DNA of 64,000 bases from Candidatus Magasanikbacteria bacterium GW2011_GWA2_56_11 (GCA_001004885.1 LCRX01000011.1:2000-65999), one strand, 5' to 3'. Shown: positions 38,918 through 52,227, counted from the stretch's first letter. The notes: generated by a model from the sequence alone, not told the origin. Numbers and translations are program-made.

Positions 38918-39838
38918 CTAAATAAGCGTGGCTCCTTGGAACTGGGCGCCGTAACCGGACAGGAATTCCTGGGCCGTGAGCGGACGTTTGCCTTCGAGTT
39001 GGAGGGAGCTAATTTCCAAGGCGTGTCCGCCGCAGCCGACATGCAACGTACCGGCCTCAGTGCTGGCGGCACCAGCCGGCAGCCGGCGGGAACTGGGCTT
39101 GAGGTCCAGGATTTTTAGCCGCTGGCCGTTCCAGGTGGTCCAAACACCAGGCCAGGGATGGTAGGCCCGGTATTGGTTATAAATTTCAGCGGTTCCAGAC
39201 TGCCAATTAATCCGGCCGCTGTCGCGGTCTAATTTGGGCGCGTACGAGGCCTGCGTTTCGTCCTGCGGCCGCGGTTTGATCTCGCCGGAGAGGTACCGGG
39301 GCAATGTCTCGAGGAGCAGGTCGCGGCCTGTGAGCGCCAATTTTTTGTCCATAATTTGGTAGGTGTCATCGGGTTCGATACCCACTTGGCGTTGGGCCAG
39401 GATAGGCCCGGTATCGAGGCCGGCGTCCATAAGCATGACAGTAACTCCGGTAACTGTTTCGCCGCGCAGTATGGCCGCCTGTATGGGGGCGGCGCCGCGG
39501 TATTTGGGCAACAGAGAAGTGTGCACGTTCAGCGTTCCAAAACGCGGGCAATCGAGCACCGGCTGGGGGATGATAAGCCCGTACTGGGCCACGATATGCA
39601 CATCGGCGGCGGGCAAGGAGACGCCGGCGGACTTAAGCGAAGCGGTTTGGATGACGTCGAGGCCGCGGGCGCGCGCGAAGTTTTTGACGGGCGGAGCCTG
39701 AAGTTGGCCCGAGCGCCCGGCCGGGCGGTCGGGCTGGGTAACAACCGCGATGACCGCCAACCGCGGGTCGGCCGCCAGCCCATCGAGAATGGTAACGGCA
39801 AATTCGTGCGTGCCAAAAAAAATGCTTTTTACTTTCAT
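38918..39838 (-). CDS. fmt: methionyl-tRNA formyltransferase
   Basis: Formyl-transferase N- and C-domains; ATGA overlap with def. Confidence 0.9.
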   Translation of the reverse strand: MKVKSIFFGTHEFAVTILDGLAADPRLAVIAVVTQPDRPAGRSGQLQAPPVKNFARARGLDVIQTASLKSAGVSLPAADVHIVAQYGLIIPQPVLDCPRFGTLNVHTSLLPKYRGAAPIQAAILRGETVTGVTVMLMDAGLDTGPILAQRQVGIEPDDTYQIMDKKLALTGRDLLLETLPRYLSGEIKPRPQDETQASYAPKLDRDSGRINWQSGTAEIYNQYRAYHPWPGVWTTWNGQRLKILDLKPSSRRLPAGAASTEAGTLHVGCGGHALEISSLQLEGKRPLTAQEFLSGYGAQFQGATLI

Positions 39839-40410
39839 ACCGGCTGGCGATTTTTCTTCATGACTTCCCAGGTAAGGCCGCGCTCGGCCTTTGTCGGGTG
39901 TTCGACTTCGTAGATATCCTTGGCCCGGTCAATAAATAATATGCCGTCGAGGTGGTCTACTTCGTGCTGGATGACCCGGGCAAAGAAATTGTGCGCCTCG
40001 AACTCTATCGTCTCCCCCTGTTGGGTGAGAGCGGTTACCAGGATGTCTTTATGGCGTTTGACCGTGCCATAATAGCCGGGCACGGACAGGCAGCCTTCGG
40101 TATCGGCAGTGGTTTTTTTGGACAGGCGGCGGTAGCTGGGATTCACCAGCACTAAATCCGTTTCGTCGGTGGTCTCTTGGTTGTCGTCTCCCGGGCGCTC
40201 GTCCCGGTGCAGGGCGTACTTGCCGATAACGCAGACCCGGATATTGTTGCCGGCCTGCGGCGCTGCCAGACCGATGCCGTCGTAATGGTACATGGCCGGT
40301 ATGAGAGCGGCGATGAAACGCTGCGTTTCGGGCAGGAGGACAAACCGGCGGTCGATTTCGCGGGAACGTTCGCGCAGGCTGGGCGCGGGGATAGTAACAA
40401 TAGGCAGCAT
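39835..40410 (-). CDS. def: peptide deformylase
   Basis: GIGLAAPQ, EGCLSVPG and HEVDHLDG motifs. Confidence 0.9.
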   Translation of the reverse strand: MLPIVTIPAPSLRERSREIDRRFVLLPETQRFIAALIPAMYHYDGIGLAAPQAGNNIRVCVIGKYALHRDERPGDDNQETTDETDLVLVNPSYRRLSKKTTADTEGCLSVPGYYGTVKRHKDILVTALTQQGETIEFEAHNFFARVIQHEVDHLDGILFIDRAKDIYEVEHPTKAERGLTWEVMKKNRQPV

Positions 40411-40411
40411 A

Positions 40412-42310
40412 CTAGGACGACAAAATGCTCAGAGGGTCGGGGTCAACTTTCCAGTCCGGAGGAATTAGGTTATTGATCATCATAACATCATCATACCACG
40501 ACTCTCGGTTTAGTTTAATCACAAATCCATACCAGTAGGCGCGGCGTAAATACGCCGGCTGCAGGGCAAAAGGACCATTTAGTGTAGCGGTTTTACCCTG
40601 GTCTGTCAACGTTCGTTCAATCGTCCGCGCCAATTCGGTCGCCGCCGTCTCGGCCCGGCGTTTGTCCGGATCCCCGTGCAGGTAGCGGACCAGAAAATTG
40701 TAGGGAGGATAGCGCATGCTCCGGCGGTAATTGAGTTCGGTGCGGTACAGGCGTTCCGGATCGAGCAGCGATTTGAAAACCAGGTGGTCGGGCCGCCGCG
40801 TGGGTATGATAAGCCTGGCCGCGGGATGTTTCCGGTACTGGATTTCCTGGATCCGGTGCCAGGCCGACTCGCTGGCGGTATAATCCGGCCAGGCCAGTTC
40901 CATGTCCGCATCCAATAGGGCGATAAGGCGGGTATTTTCGGGATGGATATGCGCGAGCACGGCGTCAGTGCCGACCAAAACACGGGGGCCCGGAGCAACT
41001 GCGGCCGGCGGCCGGCGGCCGGCTTCCACCCGGATAACTTGTATTCCGCGCGGTTCCACCAGCGTTTTCACCGCCGCTTCGACGCGCTCGAGGCCGGCGC
41101 CGCAATGAATGATAAGCGGGGAACGACAGCGCGCGCAAACAAGCGGCACCGGGAGGCGCAGCGCGTTGTAGTAACATACAAGCTCCTTTCGCGCGGCCTC
41201 GTAGACGAGCGGCAACCCGCACTCCGGGCAGCGTTCCGTGTGCCCGCAGTCGCGGCACAGAAAAAGGCGGTCAAAACCGCGGCGGTTGAGCACCACAATC
41301 GCGTCTTCGGCGCCGGAGTCTGCGCCTAGCTCGGACAGCGCCAACTCGATAGCCGGATGGTATGGCGCTTCGGGACGCGGCCGCCCCGACTCATGAACAA
41401 TTTCCGGCGGCCGTTTTCCGTACCAGTCTGTCGTCGCCCTGGCGGTATCCGGGTTTTTGCGGTCAAAGGCGATAGTGGATCCGGCGTACAAGCCTTTGTG
41501 AACGGAAAAGTAGCTGCTAAAACTGGGCGAGTAGCTCATCTCGACGTAGCTTATGCCAGCCTGCCGGGCGATGAACTGAGCGCAGTGTTTGGCGTGCCAG
41601 CGGGGCGTCTGATCCCAGTTTTTGTGGTGCGGGCTGTGTTCGTGGTCGATGACAATGGTTGCCAGATACGGGAGAACAGGTAAAAACAGCGCGTCGCGCG
41701 TGCCTATGATCAGGTCGAACTCCCCCCGCGCGATGGCGTACCAGCGTTCGAATTGCTCTTTGGGCGTCAGGTCCGCCGACCAGGTTAAGATTTTCAGTCC
41801 GGGAGAGGTTAATTCGCGGCGCAATTCCTGTATCTGGCGCGCTTCGGGTACGAGGACAAGAGCCGGCGCCGCGGAAAATCCGGCAATGGCCTCAAGACGC
41901 TCGGCCGGCGCGCGATACCACACATAGGCGGGTGGCGGGGCGGTGGCGCCGGCTCGCTCCAGTCTTGGCGTCAATTTGGCGCGCCGCAATTTGGCTTTTT
42001 GCAAGGGCGGCAGATACATTTTGGCGAACACGCTTGGGCTTACGCCGTATATCCGGGAGAAGACGTCTATATTTTCGAGTTCGGAAGCCAGGAGCAGCGG
42101 CCCGGGGCACGCCAAACCCAGAAGCGGGCGGCTGTCCGGAACCGCGGAGTGCGCTTTCAGGCGCCGGACCAGTCCTAGGATTTCCTGCCGCCGGAAGGGA
42201 ATGCGTACCAGCTGCCCGGCGGCCGGTTCGGCCATATCCAAAGGCAGCGCGTAATCCAGAGAGGAGATCGTCTTGGGCAGGCGGGCAAGGGGAATGATTT
42301 CGGCGAACAC
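40412..42310 (-). CDS. priA: primosomal protein N' (PriA helicase)
   Basis: DEHH helicase motifs and a Cys-rich zinc module (CRDCGH…CPECG…). Confidence 0.9.
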   Translation of the reverse strand: MFAEIIPLARLPKTISSLDYALPLDMAEPAAGQLVRIPFRRQEILGLVRRLKAHSAVPDSRPLLGLACPGPLLLASELENIDVFSRIYGVSPSVFAKMYLPPLQKAKLRRAKLTPRLERAGATAPPPAYVWYRAPAERLEAIAGFSAAPALVLVPEARQIQELRRELTSPGLKILTWSADLTPKEQFERWYAIARGEFDLIIGTRDALFLPVLPYLATIVIDHEHSPHHKNWDQTPRWHAKHCAQFIARQAGISYVEMSYSPSFSSYFSVHKGLYAGSTIAFDRKNPDTARATTDWYGKRPPEIVHESGRPRPEAPYHPAIELALSELGADSGAEDAIVVLNRRGFDRLFLCRDCGHTERCPECGLPLVYEAARKELVCYYNALRLPVPLVCARCRSPLIIHCGAGLERVEAAVKTLVEPRGIQVIRVEAGRRPPAAVAPGPRVLVGTDAVLAHIHPENTRLIALLDADMELAWPDYTASESAWHRIQEIQYRKHPAARLIIPTRRPDHLVFKSLLDPERLYRTELNYRRSMRYPPYNFLVRYLHGDPDKRRAETAATELARTIERTLTDQGKTATLNGPFALQPAYLRRAYWYGFVIKLNRESWYDDVMMINNLIPPDWKVDPDPLSILSS

Positions 42311-42404
42311 AAGCGCTAACGATAAGATAAATACAGCCGCCGTCGCCGGCGGCCATTATTGTCCGTAATCAATCTAGGGAGAGGATTTTGGGGATAGACC
42401 GGAA

Positions 42405-43196
42405 TTAAAAAACAAAATTTCCGGCTAAATAGCCGACTCCGAACGGTGCTTCGTAGCTGTAGGTCTTAAAGGAGAAGTCCATGTTTTTCAGCACCCCCAA
42501 AAGGATCAGGATGGAGCGGTAGCCGCATTGCTCGGCCTGCGCGACCAGTGTTTCGTCCAAGGAGGCCACCCCGACCGTATTGCGCGCCTGCAAAAGTTCT
42601 ATCATGGCGGCATCGAATTTTTCTCCGGACGGGTGGTATCCGGCGGGTGAATCCTTGGTGAGCGTGTGCGACAGGTCGCCCGAGGCAATAAGGGCTATGC
42701 GCTTGTCAGTGTCCATGATGCATTCTTTGAGCAGTTCACCGAAAGCCAGGTGCTCCTTGGGATCCAAGTGGCTGTAGCCGATCGGCAGTACTTTTATATC
42801 CGGTAGGTGGTTGGCGAGAAAGAAAAGGGGGACGCTCACTCCGTAATCAACCCGCTCTTCGCTTACGAGGCGCAGGGCGATTGCTTTGGTATTGCCGCCG
42901 TGCCCCAGACGGGCGGCCAGATCCGGGTAGCCCTTCCAGGTTTTTTGGGTCGTAATATCGCCAAATTCCGCGAAATTGGACACAAACTGCGTGTGGGCAT
43001 TGACCGAGAAAGCATCCGGAAAAAGGCTGGAATGCGGCGAGATGATGATGATGGCGTGCGGACGCGACAAGTACAGTTCTTCTTCGAGTTTGAGCAGAGA
43101 GTTTTTGGTCTGCTCGAGTTTGGCCGCGGCTTCCTTGCCGATATTCGGAATAAGAACCGGCGGGTGCGGGGTAACCGCCGCAAAGGCTAGGGACAT
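42405..43196 (-). CDS. class III extradiol dioxygenase subunit B-like (LigB/MEMO1 family)
   Basis: …ISPHSS…, …GDLSHTL… metal-binding His pattern typical of PF02900. Confidence 0.65.
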   Translation of the reverse strand: MSLAFAAVTPHPPVLIPNIGKEAAAKLEQTKNSLLKLEEELYLSRPHAIIIISPHSSLFPDAFSVNAHTQFVSNFAEFGDITTQKTWKGYPDLAARLGHGGNTKAIALRLVSEERVDYGVSVPLFFLANHLPDIKVLPIGYSHLDPKEHLAFGELLKECIMDTDKRIALIASGDLSHTLTKDSPAGYHPSGEKFDAAMIELLQARNTVGVASLDETLVAQAEQCGYRSILILLGVLKNMDFSFKTYSYEAPFGVGYLAGNFVF

Positions 43197-43201
43197 AGAA
43201 A

Positions 43202-45535
43202 TTAGAAGGTAGCGGCTGCCCAGTTGGCCAGTTTTTCTGGTTCGCTGTAGCGGCTCGCGTAGTCGGGATTGCCCAGCGTGATTATTATAAATTGCCGGCC
43301 GTCAGTCCGGCGTTCGATAACCATCGCGAGCCCGTATCCGGACTCATAGAGATACCCGGTTTTGCTGGCCAGGATAGTATACGGCAAATTATTCTGGAGC
43401 ACCAGCCGGTTGCTGTTATCGTCGCTGTGCCGGGGTTTGCCGTCGAGGTCGGTTACTTCCTCGTATTCGTACTGCTTGGTTGCCAGAAAGCGCCGGATTT
43501 CCGGGTTGGCGAAGGCTTTGACAAACACAGTCAGATATTCGCGCGCCGTGCTCTGGTTGCCCAAATCGTAGCCAGAGGTGTCGGTAAAATAGGTTTTGCT
43601 GAGCCCCCAGCCTCTGGCTGTTTCGTTCATGCGTTTCACAAACGCGCTCTCGTCGGGAGATACTGCCTGGGCCAGCATGCGCGCCGGGGTATTGAGCGAG
43701 GATACCAAAAGCGAATACAAAAGATCGCTGTTCTTGACTTGTTCGCCGGCGGTAATCCGGAATAGATGCTGATAGGGGGCGGTGTGTTTTTCCGGGACAA
43801 AGGTGGAAGCCTCGTGGAGGTTGATCCCTTCGGCAAACAGCCTTTCCGCCGTCATGACCTTGGTGAACGAAGCCAACGGACGGGGCACGTCAATATTTTT
43901 ACCGGCCAGTATGGCGGTCGCTCCGTTTTGGTAAGAGGCGACGAGAAAGGCGTCGATTGGCGTCTGGAATCCCGGTCCCTCAGAGGTAGCGGCCGAGGGC
44001 GCGGTAGCGATCATTTTGCCGGTCTCGGGGAAGACCGCCGGTCCGGAGGCCGGAGCCGTATAGTAAAGGAGATTCGAGCCGGCCGGAGTCTCGGTCGCTG
44101 CTGCCGGTTTGGCAATATCGGGTACCGGCAGCTGGCTTTGGGGCGCGGCGGGAGGCGTAGCCGACGCTTCCGGATTTTTATTCAGGTAAACAGGCTCTCC
44201 CGGCAGGTGGATATCGGCCGTTAACTCCGATACCCAGACAACGTTATTCCATTTATAGCCGAGAGCGGTGAACACCTCTTCGGAGGTGATGTGCCGGCGC
44301 TTGCCGGCCTCGATAGCGAAAATTTTTCCGGTTAGTTTAACGCCCATGAGCGTACCGTCGGGGAATGTCATGAGTCCGCCGTGGGTTAGCCCCGATAGAT
44401 CTTGGGCTGTGCCCGGTTCCGGCTTTTGTTTGGGAAATCTCACCTCGGCGATGGCCGGATCTGTCAGCGGGTAGTAGATCCCGTCCTTGATAAAATACAT
44501 GGCCCCGGTCTGGGCGAGCTTGATGAGCCGTCCGGCCGGGTACTGGCTGTCCGTGGTTACTGGTTTGCCAAGCGGGTAGGCCGCTACTTCTTCGGTGCCG
44601 ATAATGACAATTTCGTCCGGATGGTAGCCAAAATCTTTGACCAGGCCGGCCGCGGCAAACGGCCGCAACGTATCGTCGTCCAAAAGGTAGTAGGTGTCGC
44701 CGGCCCGTAAAACGGAATAGTTCGGGAAGTTGATCGCCCGTCCTTCCGGATAACGTGCCAGGTGATCGGCCGGCACGGCTACTATAAGGTTGGGGTTGTA
44801 GCGGGAGGCCAGTACGGACATACTTGCGATCGGCCGTTTTTTACCGTCTTCCACCAGGTAAACCATGGGCGTCTCCAGGCCTTTTATGAGCGTGCCGTTG
44901 GGGTACGACTGGTTGAACCAGCTGCTCCACAGTTTCCAAAAATTTTGGTTGCCGTGCAGATGCGGGGTATAGGTGTAAAGAAAGGCCGTGGCGAAATTGG
45001 CCGGGACGACAGGCGTATTGTCTATTTTGTATTCCGTATTCGGGCGCTTGATCCAGTTTTCTTTTTTGACGTTGTCATAGTACCAGCGCATGATGCCCGC
45101 GGCCGAATCTACCTGGTGGGCAAAGCCTTTGTATTTCTGCAAAGCCGGGTCGTTCGTGTCGCAGCTGTCGCACACTCCGTAGCCGGTGGCCCAGTCTATC
45201 TGGCGCTGGGTTGGATCTGGGTCGGAGACCAGGCTTTGTTCTTTCTGCAGTTTAACCAGCAAATACTTGGGGCTGATAGCATACTGCCGCGCCGCGCGAT
45301 AAATTATTTCTCCGGCCCGCCGGCGGTTGCCTTCTGTATCTTCGGTAATGTAGTCGGAAAGGAAACTGCCCTTGGCGCGCAGAAACTGATTGATCTCGGC
45401 CCGGCCCAGGCTTTGCCAGTCCTGGAGTTCTTCGTCGGAGATGATAAAGTTTGGGTTGAAGCTGGCGGCGAGAAGCGCGCTTGGGGTTAGCGACAAAAAT
45501 ACTAAAAATACCGATAGGAGAGTTTTGGTAGGCAT
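43202..45535 (-). CDS. D-alanyl-D-alanine carboxypeptidase (peptidase S11) with long N-terminal extracytoplasmic region
   Basis: Signal peptide; C-terminal SxxK (ASFTKVMT), SxN and KTG-like motifs. Confidence 0.75.
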   Translation of the reverse strand: MPTKTLLSVFLVFLSLTPSALLAASFNPNFIISDEELQDWQSLGRAEINQFLRAKGSFLSDYITEDTEGNRRRAGEIIYRAARQYAISPKYLLVKLQKEQSLVSDPDPTQRQIDWATGYGVCDSCDTNDPALQKYKGFAHQVDSAAGIMRWYYDNVKKENWIKRPNTEYKIDNTPVVPANFATAFLYTYTPHLHGNQNFWKLWSSWFNQSYPNGTLIKGLETPMVYLVEDGKKRPIASMSVLASRYNPNLIVAVPADHLARYPEGRAINFPNYSVLRAGDTYYLLDDDTLRPFAAAGLVKDFGYHPDEIVIIGTEEVAAYPLGKPVTTDSQYPAGRLIKLAQTGAMYFIKDGIYYPLTDPAIAEVRFPKQKPEPGTAQDLSGLTHGGLMTFPDGTLMGVKLTGKIFAIEAGKRRHITSEEVFTALGYKWNNVVWVSELTADIHLPGEPVYLNKNPEASATPPAAPQSQLPVPDIAKPAAATETPAGSNLLYYTAPASGPAVFPETGKMIATAPSAATSEGPGFQTPIDAFLVASYQNGATAILAGKNIDVPRPLASFTKVMTAERLFAEGINLHEASTFVPEKHTAPYQHLFRITAGEQVKNSDLLYSLLVSSLNTPARMLAQAVSPDESAFVKRMNETARGWGLSKTYFTDTSGYDLGNQSTAREYLTVFVKAFANPEIRRFLATKQYEYEEVTDLDGKPRHSDDNSNRLVLQNNLPYTILASKTGYLYESGYGLAMVIERRTDGRQFIIITLGNPDYASRYSEPEKLANWAAATF

Positions 45536-45655
45536 AGACTAGCAGTATACCACACAAGGCGGTTTAGTGCCGAAGGCTGACGCGCGGTATTACACAGGCT
45601 GCTGTGTGGCGTCCAATTCAGGGATTCCTGTATGCGGGGGTTGTATTAATGCGCC

Positions 45656-45767
45656 GGGACTAAAAGCGAGCAGCCAACTTGTTTTTAACGGCTGCGGAGG
45701 GATACCCGCTGCGCTCTCGCACTCGTCCTCGCCGTTAAAAACAAGTTGGCTGCTCGCTTTTAGTCCC
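45656..45767. repeat. giant hairpin repeat family 2, copy 1 (perfect 37-bp stem, 38-nt conserved loop)
   Basis: gggactaaaagcgagcagccaacttgtttttaacggc-[loop]-gccgttaaaaacaagttggctgctcgcttttagtccc, in the divergent dac/rsmI intergenic region. Confidence 0.75.
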
Positions 45768-45848
45768 TGGTTGTTTCTTTTTGCCCTTTACATTCCGTTG
45801 TTACTTTTTTGTATTGCCTTTTTTGCCTTAATTTGCTAACATTTTACT

Positions 45849-46571
45849 ATGCCGTACGGAACCCTGTACATCGTCGCCACCCCGATTGGCAATCTCGGGG
45901 ATATTACGGCGCGCGCGCTCGAAACGCTGCGTTCTGCCGATATTATTTTGTGCGAAGACACCAGGGTTACCCGCAAGCTCCTCACGCATTTTAGCATCGA
46001 GAGGCCGACCAAGAGCTATCACCAGCATAGCAGCGAGCGGGTGGTCGGCGAGATTCGCGCTTTATTGGCCGGCGGCAGTAATTTGGCCCTGGTAACCGAT
46101 GCCGGCACGCCCGGTATCAGCGACCCGGGCAGTTGGCTGGTCTCGCGGCTAACGGAGGGCGATAATGTGCCGGTCGTGCCCATCCCTGGCCCGTCAGCCG
46201 TGGCCGCGGCGTTGTCCGTGTCCGGGTTTCCGGCCGATAAATTTTTATTTTTGGGTTTTCCGCCGCACAAAAAAGGGCGGACGGCTTTTTTTCGCGAGGT
46301 GGCAGAGGCCAGGCACACGACCGTGTTTTACGAATCGGGCCACCGAATAAAAAAAGCTCTGGGGGAGCTGTCAGTGGCGCTTAACGCCAGGCGCAGACTG
46401 TGCGTCTGCCGGGAGTTGACCAAGAAATTCGAGAGTATTTATCGCGGCGCGGCCGGAGACATTGCCCGGAGGGATATTTCGGAAAAAGGCGAATTTGTGG
46501 TCGTGGTGGCGGGGAATGGGGGAACCTCGGACGGGATGGTGGCTGACCAAACTGCGGTTGAAAACCTCTAG
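45849..46571 (+). CDS. rsmI: 16S rRNA (cytidine1402-2'-O)-methyltransferase
   Basis: TLYIVATPIGNLGDIT N-terminus; tetrapyrrole-methylase fold. Confidence 0.85.
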   Translation: MPYGTLYIVATPIGNLGDITARALETLRSADIILCEDTRVTRKLLTHFSIERPTKSYHQHSSERVVGEIRALLAGGSNLALVTDAGTPGISDPGSWLVSRLTEGDNVPVVPIPGPSAVAAALSVSGFPADKFLFLGFPPHKKGRTAFFREVAEARHTTVFYESGHRIKKALGELSVALNARRRLCVCRELTKKFESIYRGAAGDIARRDISEKGEFVVVVAGNGGTSDGMVADQTAVENL

Positions 46572-46823
46572 ACCTGGAGACGCGAGACCCTCCGTCTGGT
46601 CAGTTTTCCTACCCGCCCGAGGTTAAGGATGCCGGCTGTCCGGCTCCTGGTCTGGATCCGCGCGAACGTTTATGAGAAGCGACGCGCTGCCCCTAGCCGC
46701 AAGCGAAGCCTGCGATTGCAGGGCACGCCCTTTGAGGGCGAGGATCGAGAAACAGCCGGCTGTTCCAGGCACTAATATAACTCTGGTTTGATTATTTGTC
46801 CACAAGCCAGGTGTAAACCTAAT

Positions 46824-48344
46824 ATGCCCAAGCCGTACTACATTACTACCACCCTGCCCTACGTGAACGCCGAACCGCATATCGGTTTCGCGCTGGAGAT
46901 TGTCCAGGCAGACGCTCTGGCGCGCTATCGCCGTCTTTTTGGAGACCAGGTCGTATTCAACACCGGCACCGATGAGCACGGTTTGAAGATTTACCGCCAA
47001 GCGCTGGCGCGGGGCCAGGATCCACAGGCCTACTGCGACGGGTACGCGGCCAAGTTTAACGCGCTCCAGGAGGCGCTCAACCTAAGTTACACCAATTTTA
47101 TCCGGACGACGGATCCGTATCACGTCGCGGCCGCGCAGGAGTTTTGGCGCCGGTGCCTGGCGCAGGGCGACATTTATAAAAAGAATTACCAGGTAAAATA
47201 TTGCGTCGGTTGCGAGCTCGAAAAGACCGAGTCCGAATTGGTTGACAATCGGTGCCCGATCCATCCTAAACTCGAAATCGAACTTATAGACGAGGAGAAT
47301 TATTTTTTCCGCTGGTCCAAATACCGGGGAGCTCTTTTGGCGCTTTACGCCGAGCGGCCGGATTTTGTCGTGCCGGCCAACCGTCTCGAAGAAATCCGAA
47401 AGTTCGTTGAGCGCGGTCTCGAGGACTTTAGCATCTCGCGGCTCAAGGCCAAAATGCCGTGGGGCGTGCCAGTGCCCGATGATGCCGATCACGTGATGTA
47501 CGTCTGGTTCGACGCGCTCGTGAACTATATCTCGACCCTGGGGTGGCCCGCCGACGCGGAAACTGAGGCGGGCGACGCCAGTGTTTTTGAGCGGTTTTGG
47601 CCGGGTGTGCAGGTGGCCGGCAAGGACAATTTGCGCCAGCAGTCGGCCATGTGGCCGGCGATGCTTATGTCTGCCCGGCTCCCGGCTTCAAAACAGATAT
47701 TTATCCATGGCTTTATCACGAGCGAGGGCCAAAAGATGAGCAAAAGCCTAGGTAATGTGGTTGACCCCTACGCTGTGGTCGCCAAATACGGCACTGACGC
47801 GGTGCGCTATTATCTGTTGGGTGGGCTGCCGTCGTACGACGACGGCGACTGGTCCGAGGCGCGCTTGGCCGAGTTTTACACCGCTCATCTGGCCAACGGC
47901 GTCGGCAATCTCACCGCCCGGGTTTTGACCATGGCAGAGAAGTACGGCCAGGGAAAAATTCCCGCCAGGGCGCCGGATGCCTTGGCCACGGCCGGTTTTT
48001 GGTCAGAGTACGATGCCGCCCTCGCGGCTTACAAATTTGAAGAGGCGGTGGCGGCTGTAAACAAATTCGTCGCGCGCCTTGACACCCTGATTTCCAGCGA
48101 GAAACCGTGGGAAAAAGCCAAAGCCCTAGAAGACATTTCCGGATTGATTTACCAGCTGAGCGAAGGTTTGCGGCAGGTCGGTTTGGCTATACTGCCGCTC
48201 ATGCCGGTAGCCGGAGAGAAGATTCTCTACCAGCTGGGAATCGCGGTCCGGGCACTGGGAAATTTGGCCGTAGAAAGGGAATGGGGAGGGCTAGCGCCGG
48301 GTAGCGCTGTCAAACGGGGCGACATCCTATTCCCCAGGTTGTGA
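46824..48344 (+). CDS. metG: methionine--tRNA ligase
   Basis: HIGF (HIGH-type), KMSKS and a zinc knuckle. Start moved to MPKPYY. Confidence 0.9.
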   Translation: MPKPYYITTTLPYVNAEPHIGFALEIVQADALARYRRLFGDQVVFNTGTDEHGLKIYRQALARGQDPQAYCDGYAAKFNALQEALNLSYTNFIRTTDPYHVAAAQEFWRRCLAQGDIYKKNYQVKYCVGCELEKTESELVDNRCPIHPKLEIELIDEENYFFRWSKYRGALLALYAERPDFVVPANRLEEIRKFVERGLEDFSISRLKAKMPWGVPVPDDADHVMYVWFDALVNYISTLGWPADAETEAGDASVFERFWPGVQVAGKDNLRQQSAMWPAMLMSARLPASKQIFIHGFITSEGQKMSKSLGNVVDPYAVVAKYGTDAVRYYLLGGLPSYDDGDWSEARLAEFYTAHLANGVGNLTARVLTMAEKYGQGKIPARAPDALATAGFWSEYDAALAAYKFEEAVAAVNKFVARLDTLISSEKPWEKAKALEDISGLIYQLSEGLRQVGLAILPLMPVAGEKILYQLGIAVRALGNLAVEREWGGLAPGSAVKRGDILFPRL

Positions 48345-48456
48345 TTCTTTATTGGGTAGCGCATCCCCGCCGGGGCTATACTCTATTGGCTGTCTTTAAA
48401 CGTTTTATATAAACTGTCCCGGATGAAAAAAATTCATTCCGGTAAAGTTATTTAAT

Positions 48457-48993
48457 ATGTCTCTCTTCGATGTCGTTCTCCTCATCGTCATCGGCGGGTT
48501 CGCTCTTTTTGGACTTTGGTTTGGCCTCATCCATACGCTGGGTTCGCTCTTCGGAACCATTGTCGGCGCGTATATAGCCAGCCGCTATTATCAGCCTCTG
48601 GCCGACTGGCTTATCAAGGTAACTGGCTGGCCGGAAAACACCGCCCGGGTGGTGATGTTTATTCTGGCCTTCATTATTATCGCCCGCCTGGTAGGTTTTG
48701 CCTTTTGGATCGTGGACAAACTTTTGAGTATCATCACGCGCCTGCCTTTTATATCTTCGATCAACCGTATTTTGGGCCTGTTCCTGGGTCTGCTCGAAGG
48801 AGTCCTCACGATCGGTCTTCTGTTTTATTTTGTCGAACGTTTTCCGGTTTCGGAAAAACTTATGACCCTCTTAGCCGCCTCGCAGGTGGCGCCGTACGCG
48901 AGCAAAATGGCGAACTTGCTTGTCCCGCTTTTGCCGGACGCCTTACAGCTCTTGAAGTCCACCGTGGATTACGTGCAGAACAAGGTGCTATGA
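48457..48993 (+). CDS. cvpA: CvpA-family membrane protein
   Basis: 4-TM small protein with the CvpA pattern; TGA overlaps the tatD ATG. Confidence 0.65.
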   Translation: MSLFDVVLLIVIGGFALFGLWFGLIHTLGSLFGTIVGAYIASRYYQPLADWLIKVTGWPENTARVVMFILAFIIIARLVGFAFWIVDKLLSIITRLPFISSINRILGLFLGLLEGVLTIGLLFYFVERFPVSEKLMTLLAASQVAPYASKMANLLVPLLPDALQLLKSTVDYVQNKVL

Positions 48994-49844
48994 TCATTGA
49001 CACTCACTGCCACATTCAGTTTAGGGGACTCGACACCGACCGGGAGGCGGTAATCGCCCGCGGGCGGCAAAAGGGTTTGATCTTGAATCTCGTCGGCACG
49101 CAAAAAGATACCAGTCGGCGCGCGGTGGAGCTCTCCAGGCAGCATCCGGACATGTACGCTACTATCGGGACGCACCCCAACCATTTGTTTCCCACGCACA
49201 TAGACGAGGAAGAGAGCCATTTTATGTCGCGCGAGGAAGATTTCGACGAGGAATACTACGGTAATTTGTACCAGACCGCTCCCAACAAGATTATCGGGGT
49301 GGGGGAAACCGGGCTCGACCTTTATCACCTGCCGGCGGATATTCCGCTCGAAACAATTTTGTCCAAGCAGAAAGAAGTGTTTGTCAAACACGTGAATTTC
49401 GCGCTCAAATACGGCTTGGCGCTAGTCATTCATGTCCGTGAGGCGCACGAACAAATGATCGAGTTGCTCGCGTCGCTTCCGGCTCTTCCCCGGGCCACGG
49501 TTCATTGCTACACCGGCAACTGGGCGCTGGCGCAAAAATACCTGGACTTTGGCTTTTATATCGGTTTTACCGGCGTCATCACTTTTCCGCCGAAAAAATT
49601 GGATCCGGCGCCGCAACTCGCCTTGCTCGAAGCGGTAGAAAAAATACCTCTGGAGCGCGTAGTAGTGGAAACGGACGCGCCTTACCTGGCGCCGCAGGCC
49701 TACCGGGGGCAGCGCTCAGAGCCCTGGATGACGGCAGAGGTAATTAAAAAAATCGCCGCGGTGCGCGGTTTGGATTACGCGGCGGTTGAACAAGCCGTGT
49801 TTGAGAACTCGCTGCGTTTGTTTGCCAAAATCAAAGTGGCGTAG
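48990..49844 (+). CDS. tatD: TatD-family metal-dependent DNase
   Basis: IDTHCH…, …GETGLD…, VIHVREAH motifs. The 442-aa ORF-track extension is spurious. Confidence 0.85.
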   Translation: MIIDTHCHIQFRGLDTDREAVIARGRQKGLILNLVGTQKDTSRRAVELSRQHPDMYATIGTHPNHLFPTHIDEEESHFMSREEDFDEEYYGNLYQTAPNKIIGVGETGLDLYHLPADIPLETILSKQKEVFVKHVNFALKYGLALVIHVREAHEQMIELLASLPALPRATVHCYTGNWALAQKYLDFGFYIGFTGVITFPPKKLDPAPQLALLEAVEKIPLERVVVETDAPYLAPQAYRGQRSEPWMTAEVIKKIAAVRGLDYAAVEQAVFENSLRLFAKIKVA

Positions 49845-49849
49845 AATAA

Positions 49850-51929
<2,080 letters not shown>

Positions 51930-52194
51930 GCGTCGTTATAGTAATGAATATTTTCCGGCTTTTTAATAAGCCAAATATTCTCTATAACAGGGTCGTGAAT
52001 GGGAATACCCGATGAAGAAAGTCGCCTTTACGTGTTTAGTAGAGCCAAGTTTCTTCATCGGGGCTACAAAATCTTTTCATCCCTATCTCGCGACCCCTAA
52101 CCTCTCTTGGTGGACCGGCGGTTTACCTTCACAGCCCCGCCGTCGGTCCACCTTGCCCACCTTCAGGCCGTTTGTAAAAATGGATTGAAGATGA

Positions 52195-52227
52195 AAAACG
52201 ACCCTGTCCGGGTCGTTTTGATTTTGA
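52195..52227 (+). terminator. intrinsic terminator (aaaacgaccc-tgtcc-gggtcgtttt + T-rich tail)
   Basis: 10-bp GC-containing stem followed by ttttgattttg. Would end a ~295-nt transcript from the 51901 promoter. Confidence 0.45.

Noticed and set aside
45567-45839. 90-aa ORF spanning the family-2 palindrome
   Set aside because: It is read through a perfect 37-bp inverted repeat in a divergent promoter region, with a low-complexity translation. Treated as non-coding.
46623-47000. 125-aa minus-strand ORF
   Set aside because: Overlaps the metG start and the GC-rich rsmI-metG spacer. No RBS or motifs; spurious.
48516-48989. N-terminal 158-aa extension of the tatD ORF
   Set aside because: It overlaps cvpA in another frame. 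TatD's conserved start (MIIDTHCH) is at 48990 with an ATGA junction to cvpA.
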